Origin: an uncultured Gammaproteobacteria bacterium
GTDB lineage: Bacteria > Patescibacteriota > Microgenomatia > UBA10105 > UBA927
DNA: 64,000 bases
Direction of reading: 5' to 3'
NCBI GenBank assembly: GCA_964553825.1
Contig: CAZKLT010000002.1
Location: 2,068-66,067, forward strand
Part shown: positions 58,259-64,000 of the stretch, one piece after another
How the letters are laid out: every line of letters starts with the position of its first letter
How positions within the stretch are numbered: position 1 is the stretch's first letter
Notes under the pieces: generated by a model
Seen by the model: the letters and a program-made list of their open reading frames with translations, nothing else
Told to the model about the DNA's origin: nothing
Databases searched by the model: none
Translations under genes and position numbers: made by a program

Positions 58259-59179
58259 ATGGCCGATCCTATTACCACCGAAGACTTATACGGAAAATCA
58301 TCGGAACCAAAGCAGGAACCTCCTCCGATAACACCCGCACCAATCCAATATGAGGAAACGCCGGAGATACACCCGGTCGCCCCCGCTGCATCAACGGAAG
58401 GACACGACACGCATCCACCCGCTCCTAAAAAGGCAGGTTCTGTCTTGGGAACCATTCTGACGGGTGTCATATTTCTCGGTTTGTTTGCCGGAGGCATTTG
58501 GATCTCAAGCGTGATTCGTCAATTCCTTCCTGCAAGTCAGCAGGAAACGTCAAGACTCCCCACTCCCACCCCACTTCCGGGCGCCCTAAATTCCGTTCCG
58601 AACGCAACAAACTCAGCTGATGTCAATATGCAGTGGAAAACATATGACGTCATCAGCGGCGTCACGAAGCTTTCTTTTGCAGGCATCACCTTTAAACTCC
58701 CGACCAATGTTCTATCCCCTATTTGTGACGGAACTGGTTGTGCATCTCAGGGAACATACCTTCCCGGCGGAACACGCTTTACCGTTGCACCCCGTGGATC
58801 CGGTGAGGCGCTTGCGGATTTCCGCGGAAGCATTATCAGCGATGTGAACGGTATTTCATTTACCACAAAAAAAGTTACTGTGGGAGGTCGGCCTGCCACA
58901 GAATTCACCGGCTCATTTACCGGGCGGACGCTTGCAGGATATGCGTTTAGTAAAATGCGGGGCGTCATGATTGAAATTACCCCGAACACATCATTGGAAA
59001 TTAATCATTTCACGCCAAATGGCGTAACGGCAGATTTTGTTTCAGACGACACATTATTTGATTCTATCCTTACCACTGTTTCCATCCCCGCAGCACTGAC
59101 GCCGACGACCCTTACACCCACCTCAACCATACCAGTCGCCACCTCGACTCCCCGACCGGCAACAGGAAGCGGGTATTAA
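58259..59179 (+). CDS. Hypothetical single-TM protein with Pro/Thr-rich regions
   Basis: 306-aa ORF with one TM helix. Confidence 0.7.
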   Translation: MADPITTEDLYGKSSEPKQEPPPITPAPIQYEETPEIHPVAPAASTEGHDTHPPAPKKAGSVLGTILTGVIFLGLFAGGIWISSVIRQFLPASQQETSRLPTPTPLPGALNSVPNATNSADVNMQWKTYDVISGVTKLSFAGITFKLPTNVLSPICDGTGCASQGTYLPGGTRFTVAPRGSGEALADFRGSIISDVNGISFTTKKVTVGGRPATEFTGSFTGRTLAGYAFSKMRGVMIEITPNTSLEINHFTPNGVTADFVSDDTLFDSILTTVSIPAALTPTTLTPTSTIPVATSTPRPATGSGY

Positions 59180-59180
59180 C

Positions 59181-59870
59181 TTACCTCGCTCGTTTCCCAA
59201 ATAACGCTTCTCCCAGACGCACCTGTGTCGCACCCTCCTCTATTGCGACTTGATAGTCACCACTCGTCCCCATTGATAATGTGCTTCCAAACTGAGGCAC
59301 CTGTTCACGAATGGTATGCAAAAGCGCTCTCATAGACTGAAAGTACGGTCTATTTTTCCCGGCATTCTGCGTCAGAGGTGCCATAGTCATAAGCCCATCA
59401 AGTCGAATATGTGAAAGCGTTATTCCCTCTCGTATGACAGCAAGGAGGGCGCGTAATTTTGCTTCATCTGACTCCCACTGCACCATGGGAAACCCATATT
59501 TTCCTTTTTCGCCCGAAATGTTTACCTCCAAAAGCACAGGGAGTCGTTTTCCAATCACTGAAGCTTCTTTGTTAAGCCGCTGTAACAGCGACTGCGAATC
59601 AACGGAATCAACGGAATCAAACGCACTTACGACTGCACGCGCTTTTCTCGATTGCACATGACCAATCATATGCCAATGAATACCAGTAATTCCCTGTTTG
59701 CTCGTGTGCTCTATTTTATCTGCGGCTTCTTCTACCCTATTTTCCCCAATGTGCCGCAATCCCATGTGGTAAGCAGTTAGCACGGCATCCACGGGAAACG
59801 TCTTGGTCACGGCCACGATGGTGACATTGGGAGGAACTGATACCCAGGTTGTCACGACAGCGTTTTTCAT
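59181..59870 (-). CDS. yggS: PLP homeostasis protein (YggS family)
   Basis: VAVTKT, GENRVEE, WHMIGHVQS, LSMGTSGD and VRLG motifs. Confidence 0.93.
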   Translation of the reverse strand: MKNAVVTTWVSVPPNVTIVAVTKTFPVDAVLTAYHMGLRHIGENRVEEAADKIEHTSKQGITGIHWHMIGHVQSRKARAVVSAFDSVDSVDSQSLLQRLNKEASVIGKRLPVLLEVNISGEKGKYGFPMVQWESDEAKLRALLAVIREGITLSHIRLDGLMTMAPLTQNAGKNRPYFQSMRALLHTIREQVPQFGSTLSMGTSGDYQVAIEEGATQVRLGEALFGKRAR

Positions 59871-60913
59871 ACCGAGGCAAAAAGATCTGTTGCCGGAAAA
59901 AAAAGTATGTCTGCAATATCAGGCACATCGGCAAAAAGCATGATAAGCCTATCCAACCCAACGGCTATTCCGCTACAGCTGGGGAGCCCCACGGCAAGTG
60001 CATCGATAAAATCATGGTCATATTCGTACGCCGTCTTCCCCAAGCGGGTAATTTCTACCAGTTCCCGCTCAAAACGATCCTTCTGTTCATCTGCATCCGT
60101 CAACTCGTCGTAACAATCCCCCAGCTCTAAGCCTGCAATATAAAATTCAAAACGCTGAGCAAACCGCGGATCATCTGGATTTTTCCGGGCAAGGGCGCCC
60201 ATGGGCGCCGGAAAATCATATAAAATGCTGGGCTTTTCTTGGCCGAGATGATTTTCGACTTCATTGAGAAATATCTGGTTATAAAGCTCTTCCCAGGTGG
60301 TTTCTTTTTCGACACGGTATCCTTTTTGACGTGCAATAGCCCAGGCTTCATCAGGATCAAAGAACCGCTCAAGATCCACGCCCGCCCACCGGTCGAACGC
60401 CTCCAAAACAGAAATTCGCTCCCAGGGCGCAGTTAGATCAATGGTTTTCCCTTGGTAGGTAAGCGTCTGTCTCTTTGCGTTTCCCAAACTTGCATACAGA
60501 AAGAGGATAAGCCGCTCGCAATCAGCCATTACATCCTTATAGGTCGCTCCCACCCTATACCACTCAAGAATGGAAAACTCCGGATTATGCAATTTCCCTT
60601 GGGTTTCCCTATTCCGGAAACTCTTGGAAATACTAAAACAGTTCCCGAGGCCCGCTACCATCAATTTTTTTAGAGGTACTTCGGGTGATGTGGAAAGGTA
60701 TGCTCGTTGCTTCTTCTTGTTCCTATCCAGCAGCGTTGTTTCAAAAACGTCTAAGTAGCTCTCCGCAGGAGGATGAGAAATAAGAAGAGGGGTTTCAATT
60801 TCGTGAAAATGCTCCTGGGAAAAAAACGAACGTACGCCTGCATATACCTTCTCACGGATGAAATACCGATTCCAAAGCTCAGGCTGTTTTCGAAGTGTAC
60901 GCCATGTGGACAT
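59867..60913 (-). CDS. epmA: EF-P lysine aminoacylase (EpmA/GenX)
   Basis: LSTSPE, FRNRE...HNPEFSILEWY, RFEFY and GIAVGLDRL motifs; no anticodon domain. Confidence 0.92.
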   Translation of the reverse strand: MSTWRTLRKQPELWNRYFIREKVYAGVRSFFSQEHFHEIETPLLISHPPAESYLDVFETTLLDRNKKKQRAYLSTSPEVPLKKLMVAGLGNCFSISKSFRNRETQGKLHNPEFSILEWYRVGATYKDVMADCERLILFLYASLGNAKRQTLTYQGKTIDLTAPWERISVLEAFDRWAGVDLERFFDPDEAWAIARQKGYRVEKETTWEELYNQIFLNEVENHLGQEKPSILYDFPAPMGALARKNPDDPRFAQRFEFYIAGLELGDCYDELTDADEQKDRFERELVEITRLGKTAYEYDHDFIDALAVGLPSCSGIAVGLDRLIMLFADVPDIADILFFPATDLFASV

Positions 60914-60925
60914 GTTGCAGGATTT

Positions 60926-61177
60926 TTACGAGCGGCGATGTTTTTTTACGACCTTCTGGGAGCCGCTCAATACCTTCACGACGAAAAGCAGATACATAAT
61001 TTCTAAAATCCCGGCTGTATGAACGAGAAGAAAAAGGATAAACCATCCTTTTTGCCCTCTCGTGGCTGCGTGCCATAACGCCAATCCCGTCCAGACAGCA
61101 GACCAAAGAGCAACAACGGCAATCCCTGCGCCCGACCAATGATCCAGATTATTACTGTTTCCCAGATACCATGGCAT
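60926..61177 (-). CDS. DUF5652-like small membrane protein
   Basis: WTGLALWHAA...WFILFLLVHTAGILEIMY motif. Confidence 0.8.
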   Translation of the reverse strand: MPWYLGNSNNLDHWSGAGIAVVALWSAVWTGLALWHAATRGQKGWFILFLLVHTAGILEIMYLLFVVKVLSGSQKVVKKHRRS

Positions 61178-61186
61178 ACACACTCC

Positions 61187-61867
61187 TTACGGAAGCAGCT
61201 TCGTCACTTTTGCGCTCCCTTTCAATTCAGCCAACCACGGTTGGATTTTCTCGCTTATCTTCTGAGATTTCAGCGCGGTTCGTGCTTCTTCGCGCTGCAA
61301 AGCGGCATCCGTTGCTACCAACGTGTCTTTATTTTCCTTCAAAAACGTGTCAACTTCTGTTTCCTCGATCGCTATATCCCGACTTAAAATCTTCTCTACA
61401 GTAATCTGAAGGCGAATCTGGTGTTCAAAATCGTCGCGGGTCATCCCCTGATAACGCAACAGTTCGTCCAGGTTCACGTTTTCACCCAGTCCCTTCACAA
61501 TTTCGTTAATTTTCGCCTCTACTTCCTGTGACGTAAGGTCAATTCCTTCTTTTTTCGCTGCGTCAGCGATAAGCTGTTCGGTAATCATTGACTCCAGCGT
61601 CTGCTGCCCAAAACGACTGACGAGAGCGCGATTCAGGTGCCATCGAAAAATTGGCTTGCCATTCACGGTCGCCGCCACGATATTGCCGCTGCGGTACAGC
61701 CAAATGGCTCCCAAAAGCAACAACACGGCCACCACAATTACCCGAACCGTTGATGATGGGAGTTTTCTTCGTGTCTGAGCAGATGCGCCCGGATGCGGTA
61801 TAACGTCATCCATATTTGTATCTAACATCTCATACGTTGAAGAGGCTTTTCGTCGATTTTTTGCCAT
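61187..61867 (-). CDS. SurA N-terminal/PrsA-like chaperone
   Basis: TM helix, VAATVNGKPI and LESMITEQLI. Confidence 0.82.
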   Translation of the reverse strand: MAKNRRKASSTYEMLDTNMDDVIPHPGASAQTRRKLPSSTVRVIVVAVLLLLGAIWLYRSGNIVAATVNGKPIFRWHLNRALVSRFGQQTLESMITEQLIADAAKKEGIDLTSQEVEAKINEIVKGLGENVNLDELLRYQGMTRDDFEHQIRLQITVEKILSRDIAIEETEVDTFLKENKDTLVATDAALQREEARTALKSQKISEKIQPWLAELKGSAKVTKLLP

Positions 61868-61985
61868 AGATCCCCTTTCACAATGGGCAGTATTTAATGA
61901 TACCCAAGAATACCACACTGCCCAACTGGGGAGCAATGCCCTGAAACGATTGCTTTTCGCCCCAAAGCTTCATACAATAGCCGCA

Positions 61986-62396
61986 ATGAAAAAAGCTGCT
62001 TTTTTATTCCCGCATATTCCCCGATTATTCTCCGCACCGATTCGTTCCAGCCTTCTTGCCTGGAGCAAGCTCCTGATCGTGTGGGGCGTGGTAGGGCTTT
62101 TGATTGCGGCAAACCGCTTCTGGCCAACGCCACATGAGAAAAGACTGCCAAATCCGTCATCGCCGGTACTCGGTGCTACAGTGCAGCCAACAGTCACGCA
62201 GACACAACTGGATTATTGGAAACGGATGACGGAAGAAAAACCAGATTATCGGGATGCGTTCATCAAAGCAGCGGCAATCGCACTCGATCTCGGAAAAATG
62301 TCTGAGGCAAGAACATTTATTGATAAAGCTCTTCTACTGGATCCGAATTCTCCCACGGCCCTGGCAATATCAAAACTTCTTGAAAAGTCGGAATAA
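61986..62396 (+). CDS. TPR-containing membrane-anchored protein
   Basis: PDYRDAF...KALLLDPN TPR motif. Confidence 0.75.
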   Translation: MKKAAFLFPHIPRLFSAPIRSSLLAWSKLLIVWGVVGLLIAANRFWPTPHEKRLPNPSSPVLGATVQPTVTQTQLDYWKRMTEEKPDYRDAFIKAAAIALDLGKMSEARTFIDKALLLDPNSPTALAISKLLEKSE

Positions 62397-62402
62397 TAAT
62401 GG

Positions 62403-63113
62403 TTATGCGGCTTTTTTCTCTTCAGATTTAGCTTCTGCGGATGTCTTTTCTTCTGTTTTGGCAGATGTCTCGACTGCCTGGCCTTCTGCGGGTGCTTCGC
62501 TTGAAGATGCTTCCGCAGCTGCCGCAGCCTCAGCTGCAGCCTGAGCCTCGGCTTCTTTTGTAACCAATGGGCCAACCTTTACAACAGTCAGGCCACCATC
62601 CGTGAGGACGGTCACCGCTCCGGACACGTGGACATCACCCACTTTAATTTCTTGATCGACTTCAGCTAATGAAGCTACATCGACCATGATTTTTTCCGGC
62701 AGGTCTGCCGGAAGTGCTTCTACTTCAATATCGTTGAGAACGGTCAACAAAACACCAAGCTTCTGCACGACTGCGGGAGCTTCACCCGTGAATTCGACAG
62801 GAACCTTTGCGTGTACTTTTTCCTTCAGATCTACCTGATGAAACTCGACATGAAGCGGTTCATGCGTTACCGGATCGATTTGCATGGTATGGACAAGAAC
62901 AGGTCGCGTATCATTATCGACGGAAAGCTCGATCAGACCTGTTTCTCCTGCGCTCTCATACAGCGAAACAAACTCATCCCGGGAAACGCTCACCGATACA
63001 CTTTTTACGGATTTTCCATATATTGTAGCTGGTAACTGCCCCTGGGCACGAAGCGTCTTTACCTTTTTTCCGACGAGTGATCGTAATGTGGCAGTTAATG
63101 TATATTTTTTCAT
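62403..63113 (-). CDS. rplY: 50S ribosomal protein L25/Ctc
   Basis: LRAQGQLPATIYG, HVEFHQV and VEALPADLP motifs. Confidence 0.95.
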   Translation of the reverse strand: MKKYTLTATLRSLVGKKVKTLRAQGQLPATIYGKSVKSVSVSVSRDEFVSLYESAGETGLIELSVDNDTRPVLVHTMQIDPVTHEPLHVEFHQVDLKEKVHAKVPVEFTGEAPAVVQKLGVLLTVLNDIEVEALPADLPEKIMVDVASLAEVDQEIKVGDVHVSGAVTVLTDGGLTVVKVGPLVTKEAEAQAAAEAAAAAEASSSEAPAEGQAVETSAKTEEKTSAEAKSEEKKAA

Positions 63114-64000
63114 TGTAGAAATCGCACCCGCACAAACTGGTCTGCGGACACCGTGTTATTGTACTCAAATTCGCCTTCCTTTGCAATAAGCGCGCCTGAA
63201 CGATCCGTTCCCAAAATTCTTGACTCATCTGACATATGCCAGCCTGCTGGATAATATACACGGGTAACCAGCGGCATACCGCTCACGCCTGGCTGCTTGG
63301 AATACATCACATCCAACACAGCCTCGGATCCCCTATTCAGAGTCATCGGAAACACGATTCCCCGTTTATACGTAATCTTCACCTGCCGGCTTGCCCCGGG
63401 CGCTATTTCTATTGCGGCTCCGAGACCAGTCATCTTTTCGGGTGCATCTACCCGTTCAATATAGGGAAACTCCGGTCGAGTCGTGTCTGTGGTCTTGCGC
63501 GACGGGACTGTCGCTCCGTCCAGCGTCACGTCCTGGATTGACGCATCACCCGGTACAAAAAAACGGATGTAGGTGAAGTAGCTTCCGCTTACCCCGCGCT
63601 CCTCCCCTGCCGCCTCATTACGAATATCTGCGGTTACCGTTTCCGTTATCTGACCATCCAACCCAATGACAATCTCCCGGAGAATGCTCCTCTTTACAAA
63701 ATAATTCACCTTACTTACAGAAACATTCGCTTCAGAAAAAATAAACGGATCAAATAAACAGATCTCTGCTTTTACCCCATGACATCCTTGTATCGGAAAA
63801 AGTCTACCCGCCCACTGGAAATGTTCGGCAAGCTCCTCCAGTTCCGGCTTTCTGAAGTAAAACATAATGTCCTTGCGCTCCAACGCGTACGAAAATGCCC
63901 GGAATAAATCTTCAGGTGGAATCGTTTTGTCTGTCGTCAGTCTGGTGATAAGTGTTCGCGCGAGGGCACCCAAGAAATCACTTTTCTGTGTTGATCCCGG
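63110..64000 (-). CDS. DUF4012-domain protein, C-terminal part (runs off the window end)
   Basis: Frame is open to the window end; PGSTQKSDFL, EANVSVSKVN, YIRFFVP and KQPG motifs. Confidence 0.75.
   Translation of the reverse strand, partial: PGSTQKSDFLGALARTLITRLTTDKTIPPEDLFRAFSYALERKDIMFYFRKPELEELAEHFQWAGRLFPIQGCHGVKAEICLFDPFIFSEANVSVSKVNYFVKRSILREIVIGLDGQITETVTADIRNEAAGEERGVSGSYFTYIRFFVPGDASIQDVTLDGATVPSRKTTDTTRPEFPYIERVDAPEKMTGLGAAIEIAPGASRQVKITYKRGIVFPMTLNRGSEAVLDVMYSKQPGVSGMPLVTRVYYPAGWHMSDESRILGTDRSGALIAKEGEFEYNNTVSADQFVRVRFLQ

Noticed and set aside
1-64000. CRISPR arrays, rRNA genes, DGR template/variable repeats
   Set aside because: None seen. The 320-bp repeats are identical and non-coding, with no adenine-specific mismatches.

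Overview
This window looks like chromosome from a small-genome bacterium, probably CPR/Patescibacteria (Microgenomates-like; inferred from DUF4012, DUF5652 and DUF5654 proteins, an archaeal-type UMP kinase and an ATP-dependent DNA ligase). From about 5.3 kb to the end it is mostly housekeeping and metal/redox genes: gdhA, trxAB, a divergent RelA/SpoT, a CsoR-CopA copper cluster, VKOR-DsbA, MgtE-N/NRAMP, pth, ligase, recF, pyrH, ftsH, a trpS fusion, a Xer-type recombinase, valS, efp/epmA, rplY, four tRNA-type genes and two T-box leaders. The first ~5.3 kb is an accessory block holding a minus-strand membrane-stress-like operon (PspA/IM30-like, TPM-domain protein, SPFH lipoprotein). Its genes are separated by two identical 320-bp non-coding repeats (1069-1388 and 2853-3172). 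Each repeat encodes, on the sense strand, a type III hammerhead ribozyme with a flipped 15.1:16.1 core pair, inside a larger branched RNA closed by terminal inverted repeats. Cleavage at both copies would release a 1784-nt gene-carrying RNA able to circularise, a retrozyme-like layout in a bacterium. This is the best candidate for an undescribed system. A second notable locus is the run T-box, small Zn-finger gene, atypical plus normal tRNA-Trp, racemase, YbaK-TrpRS-OB fusion. All calls come from reading motifs by eye; no database searches or folding programs were run.
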